DNA from: the human T2T-CHM13v2.0 reference genome, Homo sapiens
Direction: 5' to 3' (one strand)
DNA: 64,000 nucleotides
Assembly (NCBI RefSeq): GCF_009914755.1
Contig: NC_060937.1
Positions 1-12,800 of this stretch are shown here, one piece after another. The position numbers and the translations under genes were made by a program. The first letter of the stretch is position 1; every line of letters begins with the position of its first letter. Under the pieces are notes generated by a model. That model searched no databases. It saw nothing but the letters and a program-made list of their open reading frames with translations, and was not told where the DNA came from.

Positions 1-207
1 TGTGAAATGTAGCAAATGAACCTTAAGCTACTTCAGGCCTTTGGGGGCCTGGTCCTCCTCTTTATTTCAAGGTCCAACCAAGTGTTTAACTCAAGTAGTT
101 TTGCTTCTGTTTTTCTTTCCCAATCTAAATTCCAACCCACATTTCCCCCAACAGGCTAATTTTCCAACTAGAGGACACATTCACATCTCATAAAGAATTT
201 GATTTTA

Positions 208-337
208 GGCTGAGGCAGGAAGATGACTTGAGCCCAGGAGTTTGAGGCTTGAGGCTGCAGTGAGCTAGGATCACGCCGCTGCACTCCAGCCTGGGCAACA
301 AAGCAAGACCCTGTCTCTTAAAAAATAAAATAAAATA
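208..337 (+). mobile_element. Alu monomer (FRAM/AluJ right arm)
   Basis: GGCTGAGGCAGGA...CACTCCAGCCTGGGCAAC...A-rich tail; flanked by direct repeat AATTTGATTT (TSD). Confidence 0.85.
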
Positions 338-1831
338 ATTTGATTTCAGCAGCTCACTATTATGAACCAAAGCACAGGGCTTCTTGTTAATTTTATCCAT
401 TCCACAGGTTTGTGTTCAATTAGCTTGGCTCCATGATGTGGGCTCGTTCATAGCTCAGGAAAACAACATGTGTCCATCTGGGAGGTGGAAAAGGAGCAGC
501 TGTGGCCAAACAGCACTTCTGTCTTTACGTGGTGTAAGGCCATGATTTCAGCGCATGATGCATTTGTTTACACAACCTGCATTTCCACACACTAGTTTTC
601 TTGTGGGTGATTTAAGATGACCCATAATCTGATGATAGTTATGGTTCCAGATAAAGCAAATAGGTGTGAGAGCCTTCTTTAGTTTGTATGACTCAATTTT
701 AATCAAGTTTTTCCTATACACATCTCTCCAGAAGGGAACAAAACTGAGATATTTGGAACATTTTTTGCTGAGATATTTGAGAGAACAAAGCCAGCCTGTT
801 TACCTACAGGAAAAGCATATCTTGAAGTTGTTTTTAATGCAACATTTAAAATGTCAACAGGAACAGACAGAAAGAAGGTTAGAAAACATATGAGAGGACC
901 CTGGGTTCTAGTGTTTCAATCTATTGAAATGTCTACTTTTTCCTTATTGGCAAAATGAGGATAATTTGCCTCCCACAGAAGGGTTCATGTAGTTATTATA
1001 ATCATGTCAGTTAATCAACATATTTGATAAAACTATCTCCTGTTATTGGAAGTGTTTCATAAGATTTTACTTCTAAATAATCTCCTTAGACCTAGGAATA
1101 ATTTTTTTGCATACACTTAACCTGGTATGTCACCAATGCCAAATTAGTGGTAAGTTAGTGAAGGGTTAATACATGAAATTAATGTTCAGTGGTTTCACTT
1201 GTCCCCTTCCCGGCATTGACGTCAGTGCCCTTTGTGATGAGGACACGTCTAATGGCTACACTTTGCTGAGGATATTCTCCCGATAAGGACTGTGAGTATG
1301 CTAGGGAGATTGTTATAAGAGAAATCTTATTCCCAACTATTTCTGAACATTCTCTAATAGTTTAATGGAAGTACATTCAAAGACTAAGTTGGCAGATAAA
1401 GAATGGTACTATTCATTCATCTTTGTTCTTTGAAAGAAAGGAAATACAGAATCCTAAAATATTTACCTACAAATGCTTTAAAGGAACACAGTATAGAAGA
1501 AAGAAGCTTTAAATGTTTGAATAAGGTTGAAAGCCCACAAAAGAATTGTTGTTAATACATTATGATTGCTATGGGTTACGGTATCATCTTTTAAGTACTC
1601 TGCAGTTATTGGGTGACTACGAATTGTTATGAAAATATTTATTTTATCCTGAGATTACATGGGTAGCTGGATATTTGGATACTATTGAATGAGTTTCTTG
1701 TCCATATGCTATTATTATATCCATGTATACTACTAGTAAAAGTTATGCATAATAATTCTTTACCATTGAAATTTAGCAGATTTAACTTGTAAGACATTAT
1801 TTCTAAAGCTTCCTTTCTGTTGCTGTTTTAG

Positions 1832-1840
1832 GAAGCTTAA
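1832..1840 (+). CDS. TNFRSF19: Coding part of TNFRSF19 terminal exon (Glu-Ala-stop; C-terminus ...QTSLQEA isoform)
   Basis: Polypyrimidine tract and acceptor tttctgttgctgttttag|GAA GCT TAA; matches the recalled C-terminus of the TROY short isoform; consistent with MIPEP lying ~54 kb downstream on the opposite strand. Confidence 0.85.
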   Translation, partial: EA

Positions 1841-3710
1841 AGAACCTGCTTCTTTCTGCAGTAGAAGCGTGTGCTGGAACCCAAAGAGTACTCCTTTGTT
1901 AGGCTTATGGACTGAGCAGTCTGGACCTTGCATGGCTTCTGGGGCAAAAATAAATCTGAACCAAACTGACGGCATTTGAAGCCTTTCAGCCAGTTGCTTC
2001 TGAGCCAGACCAGCTGTAAGCTGAAACCTCAATGAATAACAAGAAAAGACTCCAGGCCGACTCATGATACTCTGCATCTTTCCTACATGAGAAGCTTCTC
2101 TGCCACAAAAGTGACTTCAAAGACGGATGGGTTGAGCTGGCAGCCTATGAGATTGTGGACATATAACAAGAAACAGAAATGCCCTCATGCTTATTTTCAT
2201 GGTGATTGTGGTTTTACAAGACTGAAGACCCAGAGTATACTTTTTCTTTCCAGAAATAATTTCATACCGCCTATGAAATATCAGATAAATTACCTTAGCT
2301 TTTATGTAGAATGGGTTCAAAAGTGAGTGTTTCTATTTGAGAAGGACACTTTTTCATCATCTAAACTGATTCGCATAGGTGGTTAGAATGGCCCTCATAT
2401 TGCCTGCCTAAATCTTGGGTTTATTAGATGAAGTTTACTGAATCAGAGGAATCAGACAGAGGAGGATAGCTCTTTCCAGAATCCACACTTCTGACCTCAG
2501 CCTCGGTCTCATGAACACCCGCTGATCTCAGGAGAACACCTGGGCTAGGGAATGTGGTCGAGAAAGGGCAGCCCATTGCCCAGAATTAACACATATTGTA
2601 GAGACTTGTATGCAAAGGTTGGCATATTTATATGAAAATTAGTTGCTATAGAAACATTTGTTGCATCTGTCCCTCTGCCTGAGCTTAGAAGGTTATAGAA
2701 AAAGGGTATTTATAAACATAAATGACCTTTTACTTGCATTGTATCTTATACTAAAGGCTTTAGAAATTACAACATATCAGGTTCCCCTACTACTGAAGTA
2801 GCCTTCCGTGAGAACACACCACATGTTAGGACTAGAAGAAAATGCACAATTTGTAGGGGTTTGGATGAAGCAGCTGTAACTGCCCTAGTGTAGTTTGACC
2901 AGGACATTGTCGTGCTCCTTCCAATTGTGTAAGATTAGTTAGCACATCATCTCCTACTTTAGCCATCCGGTGTTGGATTTAAGAGGACGGTGCTTCTTTC
3001 TATTAAAGTGCTCCATCCCCTACCATCTACACATTAGCATTGTCTCTAGAGCTAAGACAGAAATTAACCCCGTTCAGTCACAAAGCAGGGAATGGTTCAT
3101 TTACTCTTAATCTTTATGCCCTGGAGAAGACCTACTTGAACAGGGCATATTTTTTAGACTTCTGAACATCAGTATGTTCGAGGGTACTATGATATTTTGG
3201 TTTGGAATTGCCCTGCCCAAGTCACTGTCTTTTAACTTTTAAACTGAATATTAAAATGTATCTGTCTTTCCTAGTATGTTTTTATCTTCTCATGTATTAT
3301 CCATGGTTTTCTCTGTTTGTGACAGATTAGTAAAATTTAATGAGCCCTCTTTCTTGTGGCCGTTTCTCCATAGTTTTAGGTTTTGATATGTGTTTACTAG
3401 CTTGCCTGTGTCTGGTACATCTCATGACCTCAATTCCCTCACCTGAAATAGGAAATGAGAATGTTTCATTGTAGCCCCAAGCGGTCATGTCAACCTAGTG
3501 CCTAGTCATAATTAATTGACTTTTCCTGTATTACTTCTTTTTTTAAGTATAAACCAATGATCCTTTGGTAGTCAAGAACTCTTAGGAACATTGCCTTTTG
3601 GACATGTAAAATATTTAGGATTTGACCACACAATGGCTATGAAAATGCAAGTAGTTTCCTCGCGTGACCTCACCATGATTCACATACGTGCCACTGTTTG
3701 AAATCTGGTC

Positions 3711-3772
3711 TGTTTGCATTTCTGTTATGACAGAGAGATGATGTTTGCATTTCTGTTATGACAGAGAGATGA
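3711..3772. repeat. Perfect 31-bp tandem duplication
   Basis: TGTTTGCATTTCTGTTATGACAGAGAGATGA x2 (3711-3741, 3742-3772). Confidence 0.95.
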
Positions 3773-4527
3773 TGAAAGTAGGCAGGGCTGTGTTCCTTTG
3801 TGTAGCCTGTATATATTTTCCATATGTAGAGCCCTGATTAACTTCAAGGACAAACACTGGCTGGAGAAAGCCAGACTGATGGGAATGAGACTTTGGCCAA
3901 AAATCCCAAAACATCATTTTCAATCAGTAGAGAAGTGCTTAGGGTTGAAAATTGATTTCATTTGCTACTGAATTTGGTAAATCCTGGGTAACTTTTATCA
4001 AGATGAAGACATTTTACCCTACCTACTCTAGAAATATACAACAATGTTATATTTTACACTCCTTGGAAACATTTGAGGAAAAAAATGCAATTTGCACTTC
4101 ACTTTGTTGGAATATCCCATAGCACTCAATAAACTCAGCTGCTAGAGTGCCGATGTCAGGAGGGCTGTGTCGGGTAATGCGTGTGGCTGAATGGGCATAA
4201 CCACTGTGGCTTCTTGTGCTGCAGAAGCTCGTTGACAAGACTGAGGAGGATTTCAAGAGCAACCAAGTAAAGTCATGCATTTTCTAATTTTGTGTATATG
4301 GAATATATTTTTAAATAGAGATTTTTCTACTTTAGATAATGTGTTAATATTGCTATTACCTAGGTTAAGCACTATTGTCTGTGCTAGTAAGAAAAAGAAA
4401 GGAAAACCATCATTGCTTTATAGTAGCTTATATCAATTTAGATTTCATCATTACTATTTTGCATACTGGAATTTATAAATGTGTAAATTATCATTTTCTT
4501 AGTTTTGTAATACCTTTTTTATTTGTG

Positions 4528-4533
4528 AATAAA
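4528..4533 (+). terminator. TNFRSF19: Polyadenylation signal of TNFRSF19
   Basis: AATAAA with U-rich upstream sequence and TTATTTATGTGTT downstream. Confidence 0.75.
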
Positions 4534-4651
4534 ATTATCACCTGGTATTCTTATTTATGTGTTCAGTGAGAGAATGACTGATTTTGTGGATGCAGACATG
4601 TTTTTTTCTTTTCAGAAGTCTGTGTGAGGGTTTTGCAGAGTTCTGCTCTCT

Positions 4652-4790
4652 CGGCACAGGCAGCGGCTCCTGCCTGTGGTCCCAGATACTAGGAGGCTGA
4701 GGCAGAAGGATCATGAGCCTAGGAGTTTGAGGCGTGCCTAGGAGTTTGAGGCCAGCCTGGACAACATAATGAGGCTGTGTCACTAAAAAA
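4652..4790 (+). mobile_element. Alu monomer (FLAM-like)
   Basis: CCTGTGGTCCCAG..GGAGGCTGAGGCAG..CCAGCCTGGACAACA; small internal duplication of GCCTAGGAGTTTGAGG. Confidence 0.75.
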
Positions 4791-5452
4791 TGTGCTCCAG
4801 AGAGGGATGGAACCCTCTCTGCCTCCTCAGGCTTTTGGAGGGCTATTTGTAATCCTCACTGGTGACCTGTGAGGGATAGCCTGGGAACAGAACCAGGCGC
4901 ATTGGGCTAGTGGAAGGTGCTCTGCGGCCCCTGAGAAGCTTTGGCATCAAGGTCTTATCATGATCTCTTCATTTTTTCCCTTTTATGGCACAAAGAGGGA
5001 AGGAACTAAAGAGAAAGTTTTGTATCCTTGATGGAGCTCAGCCAGGTGTCCTCCTGCAGAGGAGGACTAAAGAGAGGAAGGTGGAGGCTTCCACAGATCA
5101 GCAATCCTTTTCTTCCCTCTACTCAGTAAAGCTTTTAAGGCTATTATTAGATTTTGAGAGAGGACTTTAAACTTTCTGGAAAAAAAAAACTTTAAAAAAT
5201 GTTACAGTTACATCCTGCTTTCTCAGCAGGTGAGTTTCTGCTGTTGACACTGGATTCTCTGAGGGAAGGACATTGACTTCTTCCCCCTCTGACACCCCCA
5301 CTCACACCCCAACCCCCCCAGAGCATGTGGACTTTCCTGGTGTCCATGGAGACTGGTTTAGCTTATAGGTACCATAAATCCATCAACTCTCTGACAAAAA
5401 TAACTCAAAGCTAATAAGGTTCTCCCAGGAGGTCTGGACTATTTTATAGTAA

Positions 5453-6819
5453 TGTGTCTGGAATTGGTGGGTTCTTGGTCTCACTGACTTCAAGAATGAA
5501 GCCACGGATCCTCGCGGTGAGTGTTACAGTTCTTAAGGATGGCGTGTCCAGAGTTTGTTCCTTCTGATGTTCGGACGTGTTCGGAGTTTCTTCCTTCTAG
5601 TGGGTTCATGGTCTCTCTGGCTTCAGGAGTGAAGCTGCTGACCTTCACGGTGTTACAGCTCTTAAGGCGGCACTCTGGAGTTGTTCGTTCCTCCTGTCTG
5701 GAGTTGTTCATTCCTCCCGGTGGGTTCGTGGTCTCACTGGCCTCAGGAGTGAAGCTGCAGACCTTCCCAGTGAGTGTTACACTCATAAAGGCAGTGCGAG
5801 CCCAAAGAGAGAGTAGCAGCAAGATTTATTGCAAAGAGCTAAAGAACAAAACTTCCACAGCATGGAAGGGGACCCGAGCAGGTTGCCACTGCTGGCTTGG
5901 GCAGCCTGCTTTTATTCCCTTATCTGGCCCCACCCACACCCTGCTGATTGGTCCATTTTACAGAGAGCTGATTGGTCTGTTTTGACTGGGTGCTGATTGT
6001 TGTCTTATTTGCAGTCCCCTAGCTAGACATAAAGATTCTCCAAGTCCCCACCAGATTAGCTAGACACAGGGTGCTGATTGGTGCATTTACAAACCTTGAA
6101 TAGACACAGGGTGCTGATTGGTGTGTTTACAAACCATGAGCTAGACACAGAGTGCTGATTGGTGTATTTACAATCCCTTAGCTAGACATAAAGATTCTCC
6201 AAGTCCCCACCAGACTCAGGAGCCCAGCTGGCTTCACCTAATGGATCTCGCACGGGGGCTGCAGGCGCCAGTCCCACGCCATGCACCCGCACTCCTCAGC
6301 CCTTGGGCGGTGGATGGGACTGGGCGCCATGGAGCAGGGGGCGGGGCTCCTAGGGGAGGCTCCCGCAGCACAGGAGTCCACTTGTGGGGAGGCTTAGGTA
6401 TGGTGGGCTGCAGGTCCTGAGCCCTGCCCCACGGGGAGGCAGCTGAGGCCCTGCGAGAATTCGAGCACAGCGCCGGCTGGGGTACCTGGCACACCCTCTG
6501 CAGCTGCTGGCCCTGGTGCAAAGCCCCTCACTGCTCAGGCCGGCGGGCCGGCTCCGAGTGTGTGGCCCACAAAGCCCACGCCCACCCAGAACGCGTACTG
6601 GCCCACAAGTGCTGGGCACAACCCCTGTTCCCGCCCACACCTCTCCCTCCACACCTCCCTGCAAGCAGAGGGAGCCGGCTCCAACCTCTGCCAGCCCAGA
6701 GAGGGGCTCCCATAGTACAGCAGCAGGCTGAAGGGCTCCTCAAGGGTGGCCAGACTTGGCGCAGAGGTTGAGGAGGCGCTGAGAGCGAGCAAGGGCTGCC
6801 AGCACACTGTCACCCCTCA
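5453..6819 (-). mobile_element. Solo LTR12 (HERV9 LTR, LTR12C/D/E-type)
   Basis: Minus strand begins TGAGGGGTGACAGTGTGCTGGCAGCCC and ends GACCAAGAACCCACCAATTCCAGACACA; tandem CCAATCAGC repeats; 4-bp TSD GTAA at 5449-5452 and 6820-6823. Confidence 0.95.
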
Positions 6820-6944
6820 GTAATAACAATGACATATTTTCATTATTACCACTATTATTAAGGTCTCTGCAACTGGGTACTTATTCTGAATGTGTCCCAT
6901 TTTAAACTAAGAAGGTATTGTCTGATTTCTTTTTTTAAAATTTA

Positions 6945-7213
6945 ATTTAATTAATTAATTTTTTTGAGACAGTCTTGCTCTGTCACCCAGACTGGAGTGC
7001 ACCTCCCAGGTTCACACAATTCTCCTGCCTCAGCTTCCTGCATAGCTGGGATTACAGGCACATGCCACCACACCCGGCTAATTTTTGTGGGGTTTTTTTT
7101 TTTTTTTTTTGTATAAACGGGGTTTCACCATGTTGGCCAGGCTAGTCTCAAACTCCTGACCTCAAATGATCCGCCCACTTCGGATTGCTGGAATCCCAAA
7201 TTGCTGGAATTAC
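6945..7213 (-). mobile_element. Alu (S-type), internally deleted
   Basis: Poly-T, GAGACAGTCTTGCTCTGTCACCCAG, TCTCCTGCCTCAGC, GGGGTTTCACCATGTTGGCCAGG. Confidence 0.9.
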
Positions 7214-8115
7214 ATTTTTTAAAAACAAATTTGGCACCGACTAAGGTCTGTAAATAGAGCTTAAGTTTATCATTCAGTCTTGAAAGTGAACAGTGGTCTG
7301 AGAGGTTTCAAAATTGTCTATAATGTCAAACAAGTTTCAGTAAGTCCTGGTATGCAATTATAGGGATATAATTATGCTGAGTCAAGGCAGCAGTTCACAC
7401 TAGCATTAGTTATGTCACACTTCAACCAACGGAGGGTTGAAAGGTTTCTACTCCAGAGAGTCAGCTGGCCAAGGGTAGGTCATGTCATGAATGGCCAGTG
7501 GCGTTTGAATTAGTGTGATCTATGGCTGCTTGAAATTCACCTCTCCAGAAGACTTGAATTTTTAAAAGTTATCAGCAAAACCACTTTCTCTAGAACCATG
7601 GGTGGTCTTCTGAAGCAGGTTTCATTTTTTGTTCTATAAAGAGAGAGGATTCTTTTTTCCATAATTTCTAATGGCATTAGCTATTCCTACTTAAGACTGA
7701 AATAGCTGTGTTCTGGTAGCTTTGTTTGGGGTGGAATTTAACTAGCAGAACTATGTAGAGGGATTTTCCTTACCAGGGTTGATTATTTACAGTAAATAGA
7801 AGATCTGCAGACCATTCTGCCAGCAATCTTTTAATAGCAGGTTAGGGAGGCAGGCTGCGCCACCGCAAGGCATGCTACCCCTCCACAGATCAGAGATGAA
7901 TCATTTCCCTTGAAGTTCTAAACACAGGTCCAATTCCTCTCAGAAGACTCACTCTAGTAAGATGCATTTCCTGTGGCAGTCCTTAATGTATGCACTCAAC
8001 ATACATTTATATAGCATAGAGCATGTGCTTGGTTCTAACTACAGTGCCAGGGCCAGAGAAGATATGAAGAAATATAAGGAAAGCAAGCCTTTTAAGTGTT
8101 TATAAAGTAGACCTG

Positions 8116-8410
8116 GGCCAGCATGGTGGCTCACGCCTCTAATCCCAGCACCTTGCAAGGCTGATGCAAGAGGATTATGTGAGGACAAGAGTTTGGGATC
8201 AGCCTGGACAACAATCTGGGACTCCATCTCTACAAAAAAAGAAAAGAAAAAATTAGCCAGTGTGGTGGTGCATGCCTGTAGTCCTAGCTACTCAGGAGGA
8301 CCAGGCAGGAGGATCCTTGAGCCCAGGAGTTTGAGGCTGCAGTGAGCTGTGTTAGAGCCATTGTACTCCAGCCTGGGCAGCAGAGCAAGAACCTGTCCCT
8401 AATAAAATAG
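8116..8410 (+). mobile_element. Alu (J-type)
   Basis: Dimeric Alu with TTGAGCCCAGGAGTTTGAGGCTGCAGTGAGC diagnostic. Confidence 0.9.
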
Positions 8411-9824
8411 CTCTTAATTGTAAAAATACAAGTGCAAATCCTTCTGGGGACAGTGAGGAGGGGGCACAGAAGCTGGGAGGGAAAGTCCTCTGCACTGGGC
8501 CATGAAGACTCATGTGGTATTCACCAGGCAAGTGGAGGGGTGGAAAATGCTAGAACTGCAGGTGGAAAGGCTCAGCCTGTGCTGGGAGTGGGAGAAGTGC
8601 AGGGAGGCTGGAGCACGAGGACACGGGTGAGGTGGCTCAGGGCAGATTTCTAGGCCAACAGGCATCCAATGGGCCCTGCCCTGGGGCTCGAGCTTCCCCC
8701 ATGGGGGACCGACTTACCTCTATGTGAAGGGGTGACAGACATAAAAACCAAAATAGTCTTCCAGAAGCTTCGGAGTTCCAGAGGGAGGTGAGTGGACCTC
8801 TCTCCAGCAGCAGAAAATCCCCAATCACTGGGAGGGACCAGCCCCCTGCCAGAAGTGAAGATGGATAGTCTCTCTCCTGTTTGGAAATACTGAGCCTGAG
8901 CTCGTTCCGCAACATCTAGGTCATGTTGGTCTGGTCCTGATTTCCAGCAGGGCAGTGCTGAGCTTCAGGTGCAAGTTTAGGACTCAGCAGAACCACCTGC
9001 TGACATCAAACCAACGCTCCACTGGAGTCCTGAGAATACAAGGCTGAAAAGGCTAGTGCACTGCGCTCAAGCGGCCATGGCCTTCCTGTGCCTGTGGATT
9101 GCATCAAGCACCTTCGTGGCCTTTTTATCCTGGGCCTGGGATGCACTCTCATGGTCCTGCCCAGCCTGGAGCTCCAGGCAACCCTACCACCAGATCGGGG
9201 CCAGCCTTCAGGGCAATGAGTGTTGGCACATCCATTTGTAAATCTTAGCTTTGTGCATCCATTTCTAAATCTTAGCCAGTCGCCTTCACCTGAAAGCTAG
9301 CTAGCTCTAGCCTGATGGTGTCTGTCTGCACCCTACCCTTGTCGTGGAGATGCTGCTGCTTTTGTTCCCTGCCCTCACATGGCTGAGCAGCCTCCCCACG
9401 GGAAACTCATGGGGCCAGAAGGCTGGCCCCTGGCTTGGGGAGGACAGCAAAGCCCGTGCAGCCTGCCTGCAGCTGGTTCTGCATCATTGCCTTCTGTAGC
9501 TCAGGAGGAGTTACCCTTGCCCTCCTGTCTCCCAGACTACTCCGGCTGCTCCCCAGCATCCTGGCATTATTGAAGTGACAGAAAGCTTCTGGCTGCATCT
9601 GAGAGCTGTTTGGATATTTTAACCACACATAAATGCACTGAGAGGCAACTAGGTTAATAAATAGGCCTACTAGAGGCGAAGCCCAAGCATAAAATTGAGG
9701 GAGGAGCCACCCGGAAAATGCAAGAATCCCCAGATCCGATGATCAGATGTGACAGAATGCACACTTGGTGCTCTCTAAAGGCCTAGAACTAAAAGGCAAC
9801 AGCTCCCTCGTGACTGTAGTGTTG

Positions 9825-12800
9825 TGTGAAAGAAAAGTAGAATCCCAGGACCCAAACTCACTATGCTGAAGGGAAAGTTAAGCTTGGGAACTGAGTCACT
9901 GATAATGTTTTCCCAAACAGCTGTAATTTCACAACCTGGCTTCACAGCCTCATTCTCTCTGCTCCCTCTTTTCACAAGCTTGCTTTATCATCCGTAGAAT
10001 GCAGATTTACTGTGCTCGAGGTAATGCATAGCTGACATTCTCCTCTACTCCATCTTTTCACATGTGAAATGTAGATTTACTAAAGCTAGACAGAGCTGCA
10101 CAAGATGTAGGCATTGGTTTCACTGCCTCACCTCTTCCCTTTTCCCCCCTCCTGCTTGCTCTTTCCCCTTTAAATACTGAAGTTCACAAAGCCCCCTTTA
10201 GGAAAAGCAGAGGTCACAGATGCCCCTGTTGTCAGAGGTATGTGAACCAGAGCAAATCCATCTTAAATAGGAGCTGGGTAAAATGAGGCTGAGACCTACT
10301 GGGCTGCATTCCCAGATGGTTAAGCCATTCTAAGTCACAGGATGAGATAGGAGGTTGGCACAAGATATACAGGTCATAAAGACCTTGATGATAAAACGGT
10401 TGCTGTAAAGAAGCTGGCCAAAACCCACCAAAACCAAGATGGTGATGAGAGTGACCTCTGGTCATCCTCACTGCTACACTCCTATTAGCGCCATAACAGT
10501 TTACAAATGCCATGGCAAGATCAGGAGTTACCCTACATGGTCTAAAAGGAGAGGACATGAATAATCCACTCCTTGTTTAGCATATCATTAAGACATAACC
10601 ATGAACATAGGCAACCAGCAGCCCTCAGGGGTACTGTCTATGGAGTAGCCATTCTTTTATTCCTTTATTTTCCTAATACACTTGCGTTCACTTTATTCTA
10701 CAGACTCACCCTGAATTCTTTCTTGCTCGAGATCCAAGAACTCTCTCTGGGGTCTGGATTGGTACCCCTTTCCTTGTAACATCTTTCTGGCTACCACAGA
10801 AGCAACTATAGTGCGGAACCCCCCACCGACCCAACAGCTAACTTTGGATAAGTGGTGGGGTCCAATAACATCCTTCTGATGAACCACGTAAGGGATGATA
10901 CTGAGGAAACCCCCCCCATCCAAAGGAAATAGACTGCAGAACTGATTAGACAACTTTGGGTAAGTGGTGGGGTACTTGGGAAAAGAATGGAATTGGGTTA
11001 GAGGTCCAACTTAGGAGAGTTAGAGTCTCTCCTAAGACAGAGTGGGTTAGAGGCCTCTCTTAATAAAAGGCAAGGATGCTTGACCGACCTTGGATTAGAG
11101 CCAACTTAGGAGGGTTAGAGGCCCCATTCCATAAAACCCTTCTCAGTAAAATCCCTGTTGGCTAAGAATGGGTTTGGCACTATGGGATGTTAACCTCTAT
11201 TCTCTTTGGATTAATCACCTTTCACTCTTTGCTGATGGCTATGGGTGAAAGGGTTAAGCATGTACAGTATCATGGGACATGGGGAGCTTTTTCCTCCCCA
11301 AAAAGGGGAAACTTGAGAGCTGATGGAACTCCTGTAAAAGATCCCTTTGCTATTGACAAGCAACCACTTGAACTTTTCAGGGTTGTTGCATGGGTGGGTC
11401 TTTCTCTGGCCTCACTGAGTGCCTCCCCTTCCCCACCCTGCCACAAGCAGTGCTTTTCTCCCTTGCCTTTCCTCTCTCTGTGCAAACTGGTTGAATGAAT
11501 GGTAAAAATCACCGTTTATCTCCCATAAAGTTTTGATTAATGAGAAAAAGGATTTGTGAGGCTAGTCGTAAGCTGTAGCAAAATCGATGTGCTTCGTGGG
11601 TCTTTCTGTGTTGTTCTGTCATGGAGAGGTGTACCTTAGGATAGAACAAGGCTTAGGACACCTGTAAGCCTGCTTTTCAAGACAGCCCAGCAAACTGGTC
11701 AGTCATGTCCTTGGGAGCTTGACCTTGTAACCACGTGAATGGGCTTTCTCTTTTCCCAATGGCAGCCCAAGTTCAGAGTTCAATTCCTGGCTTAGGTAAT
11801 AAGTCCTTTATCTTCTATGTATTTATATATGTTGTGTGTGTGATGTTTATATCTCAAAGAACTTTGATTAATTGGTTTAGTAATAATAAGAGCTTAAATA
11901 GAATATTTTGTGAGAAAAGTAAAAAATGTAATGCCTTTTATTTAGTTCATGTGACTTAATCTTTGGGAAATAAAGAGTTTTAAAGATTATTGGTAAAATA
12001 AAAATATCTTCAATAATGTAAACATTTGGTGTAAATTACGCAGGTCAGATATTAAGTTTACTAAATGCTTTAAGGTCATAAACTGTTTTTTTGGCTTTTG
12101 AAAACTGTTCAATTTACCTGCTTTGGAGCATTATATTCCAGTTAAGGCCTGGGGACATGTGGTGTTAGCCAGGCCCCCCAGCTATGCTGGAAAGAGTCAA
12201 TCCTTATCTGCACTTCTGCCTGGTGTGTCCTGGGCTAGGCTCCACACCTAGTACATCATTAAAATCCCAAACTTACCAAAGTTTTCACCAAAAGAAAAAG
12301 TTGCTAAGAGTTAACAGTGTGACATGTATTTGAAACTACTGAAAAAACAGTTTTACATGTAAGTTGTGTAAGGAAAGTAGAATGTACTTTTAGCAAAAGA
12401 TTATTAAGAAGTCATGGGAATGTGGATTTTCTTGCCTACATAAAAGGGTTAAAGAATTGTTTTAAGTTAGGATAAAGCTAAAGGTTTAAGCAAGTTGTGG
12501 AAGGTTTGTGAAAAATTAATCTTGTACAAGAAATTCTGTGTGTGAACATATTGGCTAAAATTAAAGGGGTACTATTTGTTTTTTTCCATAAATTGAACAT
12601 TCGAATGAAAGCACAGCAGGTTTTTCTTAGAGCAAAATCCTGCTTATGAGCTGCTTTTTAACAAAAATTGTAAAATGTTATAAAAGGTTTATGATAATCT
12701 TACCTTATGGTCAAACAGTAAAACTGAGTAGATATGTCTATAAGGTTTTATTAAGAATGGGGTTTGACATCAATAATGCATTAATGCAACAGTGACATTT

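Larger units (their letters stand above)
1841..4560 (+). other. TNFRSF19: TNFRSF19 3'UTR
   Basis: Repeat-poor AT-rich unique sequence from the stop codon to AATAAA (4528) followed by a U/GU-rich downstream element. Confidence 0.8.

Noticed and set aside
1190-1291. Possible cassette exon in the last TNFRSF19 intron (ttcag|...|gtgagt) containing a perfect CRE TGACGTCA at 1217-1224
   Set aside because: Weak polypyrimidine tract, stops in all three frames, and a single 8-mer is expected by chance in 64 kb
5940-6215. Regularly spaced ~40-bp repeats superficially like a CRISPR array
   Set aside because: These are the normal U3 tandem CCAAT repeats of LTR12; there are no unique spacers and the context is eukaryotic
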